From IMG/VR virus record IMGVR_UViG_3300020044_002313, positions 1 through 37,430 of that record: 37,430 nt of DNA; one strand, given 5' to 3'. The stretch's first letter is position 1. Every line of letters starts with the position of its first letter. This DNA is from a virus (taxonomy: Duplodnaviria; Caudoviricetes). The position numbers were made by a program, and so were the translations under genes. Under the pieces are notes generated by a model. It saw only the letters and a list, made by a program, of their open reading frames with translations, did not search any database and was not told the origin of the DNA. This document shows, one piece after another, positions 8,785 through 16,617 of the stretch.

Positions 8785-8803
8785 AAAACGGGAGAAAGTT
8801 AAC

Positions 8804-9073
8804 ATGAGCGATGATCTTGTGAAGCAACTGCGGGTCGAAGCGCTGATCGCCGACGAGGACTGGACCGGGATTTATCAGATCTCGCCTAATCTGGCGTTTG
8901 CCGCAGCCAACCGCATCGAGAAGCTGGAGGCGGAGTTACATCACTGTTTTCACCGTATTGAAGAACTACAGGCGGCGCTGCGAGAGATAGCTGAAGATGC
9001 AGAAGATGAGTTTGCGTCAGCAAAGGACATGGGGTGGATCGCCCGCAAAGCACTGGAGGGGAAAGATGACTGA
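8804..9073 (+). CDS. Mini-gene array member 1 (MSDDLVKQLR...RIEKLEAEL...ALEGKDD)
   Basis: SD GGAGA; motifs shared with the next two ORFs. Confidence 0.7.
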   Translation: MSDDLVKQLRVEALIADEDWTGIYQISPNLAFAAANRIEKLEAELHHCFHRIEELQAALREIAEDAEDEFASAKDMGWIARKALEGKDD

Positions 9074-9296
9074 CTATGATTGCAAAACAAACGGTCATCA
9101 TTGGATAGACCACCCTGAAGACGGGCGGTTTTGTTTTTATTGCGATGAAAAATACGATTTTGTGCAACTTTATAATCGCATCGAGAAGCTGGAAGCGGCG
9201 CTGCGGACTGTAAAGGAGTGGCACGGCTATGGTCTACCACTGGAGACAACTCGCATAATCGACGCAGCTCTGGAGGGTAAAGATGACGTTGATTGA
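9066..9296 (+). CDS. Mini-gene array member 2 (Cys/His-rich N-terminus, RIEKLEAAL...ALEGKDD)
   Basis: SD GGAGG; start overlaps the previous gene. Confidence 0.7.
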   Translation: MTDYDCKTNGHHWIDHPEDGRFCFYCDEKYDFVQLYNRIEKLEAALRTVKEWHGYGLPLETTRIIDAALEGKDDVD

Positions 9297-9483
9297 AATG
9301 CTCCGCGCCAACGGGAGTTGGGAAGCTGATGCTGCGGCAGGCAAATTACAATTACAAGCCGACCGCATCGAGAAGCTGGAGGCGGCGTTAAAAAAGATAG
9401 CGTTGGACGAACCAGACTGCTGCATGGTTGCAGACAGGATGCGCGAAACCGCTGAAATTGCACTGGGGTTGAAAAATGACTGA
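9283..9483 (+). CDS. Mini-gene array member 3 (ADRIEKLEAAL...IALG)
   Basis: SD GGAGG; shared motif. Confidence 0.7.
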   Translation: MTLIEMLRANGSWEADAAAGKLQLQADRIEKLEAALKKIALDEPDCCMVADRMRETAEIALGLKND

Positions 9484-9613
9484 TTATCAACTGGCGCTTC
9501 TTAACATCGCAGCAACCATGTTCACGCTGGTAATCGTGATCGGCTGCAACGGGGCAGTCTTGTTCCTCGGATTAATGATTTGGCAACTTATTCAAGATAA
9601 GTTCGATCTGTAA
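9476..9613 (+). CDS. Small membrane protein, 45 aa
   Basis: Hand-translated MTDYQLALLNIAATMFTLVIVIGCNGAVLFLGLMIWQLIQDKFDL; long hydrophobic stretch. Confidence 0.6.
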   Translation: MTDYQLALLNIAATMFTLVIVIGCNGAVLFLGLMIWQLIQDKFDL

Positions 9614-9634
9614 CGCAAACACGGGGTCAAAACG

Positions 9635-9727
9635 ATGAAAACGGTTATCTATGAAATCGCCAATATGCTCGCTGCATTCGCGGCAGTCGCCATGATCTTC
9701 ACCGCCTGCATAGTTTTGGGAGGTTAA
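9635..9727 (+). CDS. Small membrane peptide, 30 aa
   Basis: Hand-translated MKTVIYEIANMLAAFAAVAMIFTACIVLGG; preceded by the GGGGTCAAA motif. Confidence 0.55.
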   Translation: MKTVIYEIANMLAAFAAVAMIFTACIVLGG

Positions 9728-9728
9728 G

Positions 9729-9917
9729 ATGAAACCAATCACATGCGAAATAGGGTTTGACGGTGTCTATTCCGTCAAATACTTTAACAGGCAGATCGGA
9801 TGGATACAGCAAAGCAGGGTCAAAAAGATATGGAGGGCGCTCAGTTGGAACGGGGACTTGAAACACACAAAAACGCTTCGAGAGGCACGACGCTACCTGG
9901 TGGAGAATTTCAGGTAA
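9729..9917 (+). CDS. Hypothetical basic protein
   Basis: SD GGAGGT; 62 aa. Confidence 0.7.
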   Translation: MKPITCEIGFDGVYSVKYFNRQIGWIQQSRVKKIWRALSWNGDLKHTKTLREARRYLVENFR

Positions 9918-10417
9918 AGGATTGGGAGCAGCACTACAAGGATGTTCGCAACAGGCTCAACGGCATCAAGGCCCAGCCAAAGCAGATCGAGATCATCATT
10001 CCACCGGCTGAGATGCTGGCTCTTCCAGAGCCAGAGCCTGAAACACCAAAGCCAATGTTCTCCCGTGATGACCTGCTGATAACGCAGGGTTGTCTTCGGG
10101 ATAGGGTCAGGCAGATCGTTCTTCCGATCCTGCACAAACACAAGATGACATGGAGGCAATTAGTTGGACAATCAAGAACACGACCACACATCCTACTCCG
10201 ACGCGAGGCTTGGTTCGCTCTTATCTCAAATGGATACGGATTTGCGGAAACAGGTCGATTATGCGGTAGAGACCACACGACCATCTTACATGCAGTCAGA
10301 CAATGGAAGCTCAATAATGGATCAGAATATCGACACTATCTTATCGACGAGGGAGATGACCCACGGCTCGTATGTGGAGCAATCAACGGCATCGCAGACG
10401 CTAAAACGCCTATGTGA
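9800..10417 (+). CDS. Protein with DnaA C-terminal (domain IV)-like HTH; start uncertain
   Basis: SRTRPHILLRREAW...ETGRLCGRDHTTILHAV matches the DnaA-IV signature GxDHTTVxHA. Confidence 0.75.
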   Translation: MDTAKQGQKDMEGAQLERGLETHKNASRGTTLPGGEFQVKDWEQHYKDVRNRLNGIKAQPKQIEIIIPPAEMLALPEPEPETPKPMFSRDDLLITQGCLRDRVRQIVLPILHKHKMTWRQLVGQSRTRPHILLRREAWFALISNGYGFAETGRLCGRDHTTILHAVRQWKLNNGSEYRHYLIDEGDDPRLVCGAINGIADAKTPM

Positions 10418-10613
10418 GCAGGCGAGGAACTGGGATCAGATGCCGTGTTATATGCGTGAGAGCGTTCACCTGATCCAACAGAAAGTCGCTCGCATCATCT
10501 GTGGCGATCCATTCGAGCGCGATCATTGGGTTGACATCATGGGCTATGCAGCGCTGGTGCTGCGGGAATTGGACAGGTTGCAACAGGAGGGCAGAAATGA
10601 CGGATCAGCCTAA
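10317..10613 (+). CDS. DUF6378-like small helical protein (possibly nucleotide metabolism)
   Basis: IL..RE.THG....K.ARI..GD....DHW.DI.GYA.L pattern. Confidence 0.7.
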   Translation: MDQNIDTILSTREMTHGSYVEQSTASQTLKRLCEQARNWDQMPCYMRESVHLIQQKVARIICGDPFERDHWVDIMGYAALVLRELDRLQQEGRNDGSA

Positions 10614-10872
10614 CAGCCAACTGACACGCATCGTCGAGCGCATCGAGAAGCAGGAGGACGAAATCAGCCTTCTGAAGCAGGATGTGAAAGACATCTATAC
10701 CGAGGCCAAGGGCAACGGATACGACATCAAGATCATCCGCAAGATCATCGCCATGCGGAAGATGGACGAGACAAAGCGCAAGGAAGAAAGCGCGATCCTT
10801 GCAGCCTATATGCGCGAAATCGGGATGACGCCTTTAGAGATGGTTATCCAAAAAAACAGGGATGCTGAATAA
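10597..10872 (+). CDS. gapR: GapR / DUF2312 nucleoid-associated protein homolog
   Basis: QL..IVERIE..E.E......D.KDIY.EAKG.GYD.KIIRKIIA.RK.D pattern; SD AGGAGG. Confidence 0.88.
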   Translation: MTDQPNSQLTRIVERIEKQEDEISLLKQDVKDIYTEAKGNGYDIKIIRKIIAMRKMDETKRKEESAILAAYMREIGMTPLEMVIQKNRDAE

Positions 10873-11084
10873 TGGAACGCAATACAGAAACCTGCCTGAC
10901 TTGCCGCTTCACCAAAGAGAAGACGGGCGGTTCTCTCACCTGCCTGCGCTACCCAAACCAAACAAGGGTCGCCAGGACGCAATGGTGCGGCGAGTGGCAG
11001 GCAGACAAGATCCCTACTGAGCGGCGTAAGCGCTCTGCAATGGAGATCGCTGATCCCGTTCTGAGCAAGGAGGCCGAGGAATGA
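10872..11084 (+). CDS. Small Cys-rich protein
   Basis: CLTC...CLRYP...WCGEW motif common in phage small proteins. Confidence 0.7.
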   Translation: MERNTETCLTCRFTKEKTGGSLTCLRYPNQTRVARTQWCGEWQADKIPTERRKRSAMEIADPVLSKEAEE

Positions 11085-11293
11085 GCTACCGCGTTCGCAA
11101 CACGCAGGACTTCTTCAGGATCATCGAGAAGGAGCGCAAACGGCAGGAGAAATCCACCAGAGCGGTCAGTGACGAAGCCAACGTGTCTTCGGCAACCTAT
11201 TCTGCCTCGATGAAGTCTGGATCTTGCACCCTGAAGACAGCTCTGGCCTATGCAAAGGTCATGGGCTTTGAAGTGAGGCTCGAATGGCCGTGA
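11081..11293 (+). CDS. XRE-like HTH protein
   Basis: RKRQEKSTRAVSDEANVSSATY....SG..TLKT...YAKVMG; SD GAGGA. Confidence 0.7.
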   Translation: MSYRVRNTQDFFRIIEKERKRQEKSTRAVSDEANVSSATYSASMKSGSCTLKTALAYAKVMGFEVRLEWP

Positions 11294-11754
11294 TACTTGC
11301 AATTGATCCAGGCGCATCAGGGGCGCTGGCGTTCTTCAACCCAGAGACTGGTATGCTCGACGTTGAGGACATGCCGACGCTGGAGGTCAAACGCGGAAAC
11401 AAGATGAAGCGCGAGATCAGTCCTCAGATGCTGGCAGGGATCATTGCATCACGCAAACCAGACAGAGCCATCATCGAACTGGTGGGGGCAATGCCTGGTC
11501 AGGGCGTTACCAGCATGTTCGCCTTCGGGAAATCCTACGGTCTTTGCATCGGTATTTGCGCTGGCCTACAGATCCCGGTGGAGCATGTGACTCCCATCAA
11601 GTGGAAGAAAGCAGTCGGCGCCCGCGAGGGCAAAGATGGAAACAGGATGCGGGCGGCAGAGTGCTTCCCCGCATATGCCCACCTGTTTCGACGGGTCAAA
11701 GATGACGGCAGGGCAGACGCTGCTCTGATCGCCTTCTGGGCAGCAACGCAATAG
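11284..11754 (+). CDS. RuvC-like Holliday junction resolvase
   Basis: ILAIDPG, IIE, FAFG..YG, VTP.KWKK, DGRADAAL motifs. Confidence 0.88.
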   Translation: MAVILAIDPGASGALAFFNPETGMLDVEDMPTLEVKRGNKMKREISPQMLAGIIASRKPDRAIIELVGAMPGQGVTSMFAFGKSYGLCIGICAGLQIPVEHVTPIKWKKAVGAREGKDGNRMRAAECFPAYAHLFRRVKDDGRADAALIAFWAATQ

Positions 11755-11764
11755 GAGAGGACAA

Positions 11765-12559
11765 ATGGAAAATAAGTATTTCACACTGGAGGCTCTATCA
11801 GCCTCTGGAGCAAAACTGATCGCCCGCTCGCCAGCGCATTACCAGGCTGCGAAGTATATGGATCGGATGCCAACGCCAGCGCAGATCTTTGGAACCGTGG
11901 TTCACGCCATGATTTTGGAGCCGCACAAGTCTCACGCCAGCATGTTCAGCGTCAAAGAGCTGAACTGGACGACCAAGGAAGGAAAGGAAGAGAAGGCAAA
12001 GTTGGAGCGGATGGGGCTTCCCATCATATCTACTGCTGATCTCGATAAGGCGCTGCGGATGCGCGATAGTGTGTGGGCGCATTCCCACGCTGCTGAGTTG
12101 TTGACGAATTGCCGCACTGAGGTTGAAACCTTTTGGACCGGCTATGAGGCGAAGGTCAGATGTAAAGGCGGCATAGACGCCATTGGCCCATGTGGGATCG
12201 TTGATGTGAAAACCACAATCGACGCATCGCCAGAAGCATTTGCCAGAGCCATCAGGCAATATGGCTACTATATGCAGGCCGCTCATTATATTGACGGCAT
12301 AGCAGAGATCGAAGGCGGCATCGCGCCTTTCACATTTATCGCTGTTGAGAAGCAGCCACCATATGCGGTTGCCTGTTATACGCTTTCCAACGATAGCCTC
12401 GCGGCTGGCTGGTCAGCGATGAACAGGATCGCCAAGATATATTCCGACTGCATCTCTACGGGGATCTGGCCGGGATATGAAGGGAAGTCTCGCGAGCTAT
12501 CAATCCCGATCAATCTGGATACGGCAGCGGTTGCCGATCTGGAGCTTGAAGACTTCTAA
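11765..12559 (+). CDS. PD-(D/E)XK exonuclease, RecE/exonuclease VIII-like (DUF3799)
   Basis: LSAS..K, GT..HA.ILEP, CKG.ID, DVKTT, YGY..QAAHY, FIAVEK.PPY. Confidence 0.88.
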   Translation: MENKYFTLEALSASGAKLIARSPAHYQAAKYMDRMPTPAQIFGTVVHAMILEPHKSHASMFSVKELNWTTKEGKEEKAKLERMGLPIISTADLDKALRMRDSVWAHSHAAELLTNCRTEVETFWTGYEAKVRCKGGIDAIGPCGIVDVKTTIDASPEAFARAIRQYGYYMQAAHYIDGIAEIEGGIAPFTFIAVEKQPPYAVACYTLSNDSLAAGWSAMNRIAKIYSDCISTGIWPGYEGKSRELSIPINLDTAAVADLELEDF

Positions 12560-12585
12560 AACGTCGAACCGAAGGAAACGGTAAA

Positions 12586-13173
12586 ATGGAAAACGCAAAT
12601 ACACGCATTGTCGTCAAGGATGCTCGTTTCGCCTATGTCCACCTGCTCGAGCCTCGCGCCGCGGCAGAGGGTGCGGAAGCCAAGTACAGCGTCACCCTGA
12701 TCATTCCGAAGACGGACGAAGCAGGCATCGCAGCGATCAAGGCTGCGATGAAGGCTGCGGTGTCCAAGAAGTTCGGGGACAAGCCGCCAAAGGGTCTGCG
12801 CAACCCGCTGAGGGACGGAGACGAGAAGGATGCCGAGTCCGGCGAGTACATGAAGGGCGATGAGTTCCGGGGCAACTGGTATCTGTCAGCATCCAGCAAG
12901 AAGCCAGTTCGCGCTCTTGCGGGCAAGGCTCGCCTTCCAGCTACAGAAGATCATCTGCAATCCGGCAACTATGGGGCGGCAGAGTTGAACTTCTACGGCT
13001 ACGATGCTGCGGGCAACCGGGGTGTCGCGGCTGGGTTGAACGGTGTCTGGATCACTCGGAAGGGTGAGCCTCTGGGTTCTGGCGCAACCGATTGGGGCGT
13101 GATCGAGGCAGAGGACTTTGGAACGCCTGCAACCGCAGCAACCGCCAGCATGTCATCGGATGACGTGTTCTAG
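12586..13173 (+). CDS. Single-stranded DNA-binding protein (DUF2815, T7 gp2.5-like)
   Basis: RFAY.HL.EP, KYSVTLIIPK, NPLRDGD, GNRGV.AGLN, acidic C-terminus ending in F. Confidence 0.88.
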   Translation: MENANTRIVVKDARFAYVHLLEPRAAAEGAEAKYSVTLIIPKTDEAGIAAIKAAMKAAVSKKFGDKPPKGLRNPLRDGDEKDAESGEYMKGDEFRGNWYLSASSKKPVRALAGKARLPATEDHLQSGNYGAAELNFYGYDAAGNRGVAAGLNGVWITRKGEPLGSGATDWGVIEAEDFGTPATAATASMSSDDVF

Positions 13174-13186
13174 TCTCTGAACGAAA

Positions 13187-13220
13187 GACGGCGCAGCGGG
13201 GGTCAGTCTGCTGCGCCGTC
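13187..13220. other. GC-rich intergenic stem-loop (no U tract)
   Basis: GACGGCGCAGCGG...CTGCTGCGCCGTC. Confidence 0.6.
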
Positions 13221-13255
13221 AATCGCCTCAAAGCCGGGGAGGAGGGGCCGAGGCA

Positions 13256-13534
13256 ATGGCTAAATTTAACACTCTCAAGGACACGCTGCAAATTGCAGAC
13301 GAGTATTTTGGCTATGTCGAGCTTTATGCACGGCTGGCACGGGACTTTGTATCAGTTGGAGATTTGCCTGGAGCAAACTACGCTCAGAGATCCTTGGTCG
13401 CCTATGTCCGCGCCGCCCAGCGAGAACTGGTTGCCGCGATGGACATCAGCATCGAGGCCAAGGAACAGGCGGGAATAGATGCGGTCGCCGGTCAGGGTGA
13501 CGAGGTCAGCGCAGACGATGATTGGTGGAAGTGA
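13256..13534 (+). CDS. Hypothetical protein
   Basis: 92 aa with SD; coupled to the helicase gene. Confidence 0.7.
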   Translation: MAKFNTLKDTLQIADEYFGYVELYARLARDFVSVGDLPGANYAQRSLVAYVRAAQRELVAAMDISIEAKEQAGIDAVAGQGDEVSADDDWWK

Positions 13535-14898
13535 TGGGGAATACCTTCGATGACGACGATTTCTTTGCAGACTTGCAACACGATCTGGACGCCAAGTCAG
13601 ATGCGCTAGAAGCCAAGAAACCGAAGAAGCAGGTGGCTGGCAACACGCCAGAGGAACAGCCAATCAAGCGCACCCTGTTTCTCGGCGATCCCTGGGAAGA
13701 CAAGTTGGTTGTCGACCCAAAGGGATGGGCGATCAGCAACCACGCCAATCTGGCCCATACGATCCGCAACCATGGCGAATGGACGGAGGCGCTGGCATAC
13801 AACAGCTTCACAGGCCGCAAGATCCTGTTGAAGACCGTGCCAGGCACCCCGGCGAATAAGCAATTCAAGCCGCGGGAGATCGAGGATCGGGACATCCTGA
13901 GCGCTACAGCTTGGTTCAACCGGAACCTTTTCCCCAGAGCAGCCAAGAACCAGGTGGCCGACGCGATCGACGATGTGGTGCATGACGCCATCATCAACCC
14001 GGTGAAGCACTTCCTGGAGGACTGCGAAGCGGCATGGGACCAGCAACCGAGGTTGGATAAATGGCTCTTCACCTATTGCGGGGTGGAAAGTGAAGATCCG
14101 GCGCACAGCAGCTACATTGAGCAGGTAGCAACCAAATGGGCCGTCAGCGCGGTAGCAAGGGTCATGGAGCCCGGCTGCAAGGCTGACGGTGTTCTGATCC
14201 TCGAAGGAAGCCAAGGGGCTGGGAAGAGCACCGCAGCCAAGGTGCTGGCCGGACCTGAGTTCTTCGGCGATAGTCTGCCTCCGATGCATAGCAAAGAGGC
14301 CAGCGGCTACGTCCGAGGGCGCTGGATCATCGAACTTGCCGAGCTTGCCAACGTCTCCAAGGCAGAGGTGGAGGTGGTCAAGGCGTTCATCAGCAGATCA
14401 GAGGAACGGTTCAGGCCGCCCTATGGACGCAACGAAGTCACGTTTCCCCGGCAGTGCGTCTTTATCGGTTCCACCAATCGGACGGACTATCTGCGGGACG
14501 ATACGGGCAACAGGCGGTTCTGGCCCGTGAAGGTGGGTAGGATCGACACAGAGGGCCTACAGAGGGATCGGATCCAGATCTGGGGGGAGGCAGTCCATAG
14601 ATACCGCCAGGGCGAGCAGTGGTGGCTTACAAGGTCTGCGGAGACCATCGCAGCGCAGGAGACCAAGGCGAGGCTCATAGACGATCCCTGGACATCTGAG
14701 GTGCTATCCAAGGTGCTGGGGAAGACAGAGACCTGCGTAAGCCAGATCCTGAGCGATATGCTGATCGAGGTCTCCAGACGGGACAGGCTGATGAGCAACC
14801 GGGTTGTCTCGATCCTGCTTCAGAATGGGTGGGCGCGGGATGGTCAGTTCAACACTGCCGTCAACAGGGGGCAGGCAAGGTTTATCAAGAAGGGGTGA
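13534..14898 (+). CDS. VapE/VirE-family P-loop ATPase (SF3-like replicative helicase)
   Basis: GSQGAGKST Walker A, WIIELAEL Walker B, FRPPYGR, FIGSTN, DDTGNRRFWP. Confidence 0.92.
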   Translation: MGNTFDDDDFFADLQHDLDAKSDALEAKKPKKQVAGNTPEEQPIKRTLFLGDPWEDKLVVDPKGWAISNHANLAHTIRNHGEWTEALAYNSFTGRKILLKTVPGTPANKQFKPREIEDRDILSATAWFNRNLFPRAAKNQVADAIDDVVHDAIINPVKHFLEDCEAAWDQQPRLDKWLFTYCGVESEDPAHSSYIEQVATKWAVSAVARVMEPGCKADGVLILEGSQGAGKSTAAKVLAGPEFFGDSLPPMHSKEASGYVRGRWIIELAELANVSKAEVEVVKAFISRSEERFRPPYGRNEVTFPRQCVFIGSTNRTDYLRDDTGNRRFWPVKVGRIDTEGLQRDRIQIWGEAVHRYRQGEQWWLTRSAETIAAQETKARLIDDPWTSEVLSKVLGKTETCVSQILSDMLIEVSRRDRLMSNRVVSILLQNGWARDGQFNTAVNRGQARFIKKG

Positions 14899-14903
14899 GG
14901 GGG

Positions 14904-15794
14904 ATGGCCGCTTTCTACAATGAAATTGACCAATACGCCGCAGAATGGCTGCGCAACCTGATCAAGAAAGGACTGATTGCAGATGGCGAAGTCAGCACAC
15001 AATCAATTGTCGATCTTCAACCTTCCGATCTGGCAGGTTTCACTCAATGCCACTTCTTTGCAGGCATCGGCGGATGGAGCCACGCATTGCGCCTCGCTGG
15101 ATGGTCCGACGACAGGCCGATCTGGACAGGATCTTGCCCGTGCCAACCGTTCAGCGTCGCAGGAAAAGGCGCAGCGCAGGCAGATGACCGCCACCTCTGG
15201 CCCGTCTTCTTCAGACTCATTGCCGCCTGCCGTCCTCCTGTCGTCATGGGAGAGCAGGTTGCGGCAGCGGTTGGCAAATCTTGGCTCGACGGAGTGTGTG
15301 CTGACCTGGAAGGAATCGGTTACGCCACAGGGGCGGCGGTTGTCCCGGCTTGCGCCGTCGATGCGCCTCACCGTCGAGATCGACTATGGTTTGTGGCCGA
15401 CGCCAACCATGACGGATGGAAGCCGAGGCATTGGGACGATCAGGCCGCACGATACGGGGATACCGTTGCCACAACGGGTGGCTCAGACGGTGGCGATGTG
15501 GGCGACACCAATGGCTCACGAGGCGAGGCTTGGTTATCAGCGTCGGGTGGGGGACACGAAAGGATCGCAGAAATCACTGACGACAGAAGCGACCGATGCT
15601 CTGGGGCTTGGGGAAAACATAACTGGCTTACGGGAGCAGACGGAAAAGCCCGGCGCGTTGAACCCAGCATTCGTCTGCTGGCTCATGGGATTCCCGGCAG
15701 AGTGGGACGCCTGCGCGCCTACGGTAACGCCATCGTCCCGCAAGTCGCGGCAGAAGTGATTGCCGCATTTATGGAGGCCGATGGGTGCAGATAG
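14904..15794 (+). CDS. C5 cytosine DNA methyltransferase, large (alpha) chain
   Basis: FFAGIGG (I), PCQPFS (IV), GEQV (VI), HRRDRLW (VIII), YGNAIVPQ (X). Confidence 0.9.
   Translation: MAAFYNEIDQYAAEWLRNLIKKGLIADGEVSTQSIVDLQPSDLAGFTQCHFFAGIGGWSHALRLAGWSDDRPIWTGSCPCQPFSVAGKGAAQADDRHLWPVFFRLIAACRPPVVMGEQVAAAVGKSWLDGVCADLEGIGYATGAAVVPACAVDAPHRRDRLWFVADANHDGWKPRHWDDQAARYGDTVATTGGSDGGDVGDTNGSRGEAWLSASGGGHERIAEITDDRSDRCSGAWGKHNWLTGADGKARRVEPSIRLLAHGIPGRVGRLRAYGNAIVPQVAAEVIAAFMEADGCR
15184..15759 (+). CDS. Overlapping +1-frame ORF, probable methyltransferase beta chain (TRD plus motif IX); start uncertain (frame open from 14977)
   Basis: WPTP/WATP repeats and LNPAFVCWLMGFPAEW, a motif IX-like segment missing from the main frame. 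Confidence 0.7.
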   Translation: MTATSGPSSSDSLPPAVLLSSWESRLRQRLANLGSTECVLTWKESVTPQGRRLSRLAPSMRLTVEIDYGLWPTPTMTDGSRGIGTIRPHDTGIPLPQRVAQTVAMWATPMAHEARLGYQRRVGDTKGSQKSLTTEATDALGLGENITGLREQTEKPGALNPAFVCWLMGFPAEWDACAPTVTPSSRKSRQK

Positions 15795-16015
15795 GATGCA
15801 GACAGGATGCAGATAGAACCGCTCCAAAATGAGGTGGCTATCTGCATCCTGAACATGCAGATAGATGCAGATAGAATTCTACTTATCTTTTTAAAGTATA
15901 TAAGTTATTGATATATAGGCATAATATATTTAACAGCAGATAGCCTCATTCCTATATCATGCACTTAGCATAGAGTGGCAAAGTTCGTAGAATTCTGTCT
16001 GCATTGTCTGCATCG
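15786..16015. promoter_or_regulatory. Putative replication origin: TGCAGAYAG iterons, AT-rich core, IHF-like site
   Basis: Direct copies at 15786, 15797, 15808, 15856, 15866, 15936; inverted at 15838 and ~15996-16012; AT-rich 15871-15935; TAAGTTATTGATA at 15901. Confidence 0.7.
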
Positions 16016-16047
16016 GCATCAGGCGGGGTCAAAAACAGGGTCAACCA

Positions 16048-16617
16048 ATGCAAAGGACAAACATCTTGATGGCCGACAGAACCACAAACAGAGCAAAGAC
16101 AGCACGAGACGCTGGCCTGTGGGCGGCGATCCAAGTCGCAGACCAAGCCGCCATCAAATATGAAGGCGAATGGGGAATCGGACGCCTGGAGCGCATCGTC
16201 CCGCCTGAACTCGCAGCCAAGTTCGCAATCGCCAGACACCAGCTAGACGAGGCTATCATGGCCGTGGACATCGAGCTGGCCGGGCAGAAGGCAATGGCGA
16301 TGGCAAGGGGCTGGGAGGCGCTGGACAGGGCTGCAAGGGCCGCAGGGCATAGACCCGAGGATAATGCCTACGTGTGGTTCCACGGCTCTCCTGACGGCAG
16401 GAAACGCTATGCCTTCGCCAAGTCGGTCCACGACATCCCAGAGATCGCCAAACGCCACCCAGATCACATCGTCATATCCTTCGACGAGATCGTGGGCCTG
16501 TTCGAAAGGCCAGATGCAATGGCGACCATTGCAGAGATCAAGAGGCAGTTTCCAGGGGCATACGTCCAGAACAAGAACCCGACGAACACGCTCTTAAACG
16601 ACGCCATACCATTTTGA
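16048..16617 (+). CDS. Hypothetical protein (alternative start 16069)
   Basis: 189-aa ORF ending in DAIPF; normal codon usage. Confidence 0.8.
   Translation: MQRTNILMADRTTNRAKTARDAGLWAAIQVADQAAIKYEGEWGIGRLERIVPPELAAKFAIARHQLDEAIMAVDIELAGQKAMAMARGWEALDRAARAAGHRPEDNAYVWFHGSPDGRKRYAFAKSVHDIPEIAKRHPDHIVISFDEIVGLFERPDAMATIAEIKRQFPGAYVQNKNPTNTLLNDAIPF

Larger units (their letters stand above)
8910..9483 (+). repeat. Interspersed direct repeats CGCATCGAGAAGCTGGARGCGG (x3) and GCWCTGGRG...AAARATGAC (x3)
   Basis: First type at ~8912, 9177, 9364; junction type at ~9050, 9267, 9460. Confidence 0.85.

Noticed and set aside
8910-9483. CRISPR-like reading of the interspersed repeats
   Set aside because: Spacing is irregular and long (about 190-270 bp), repeats are in-frame coding, and no cas genes are present
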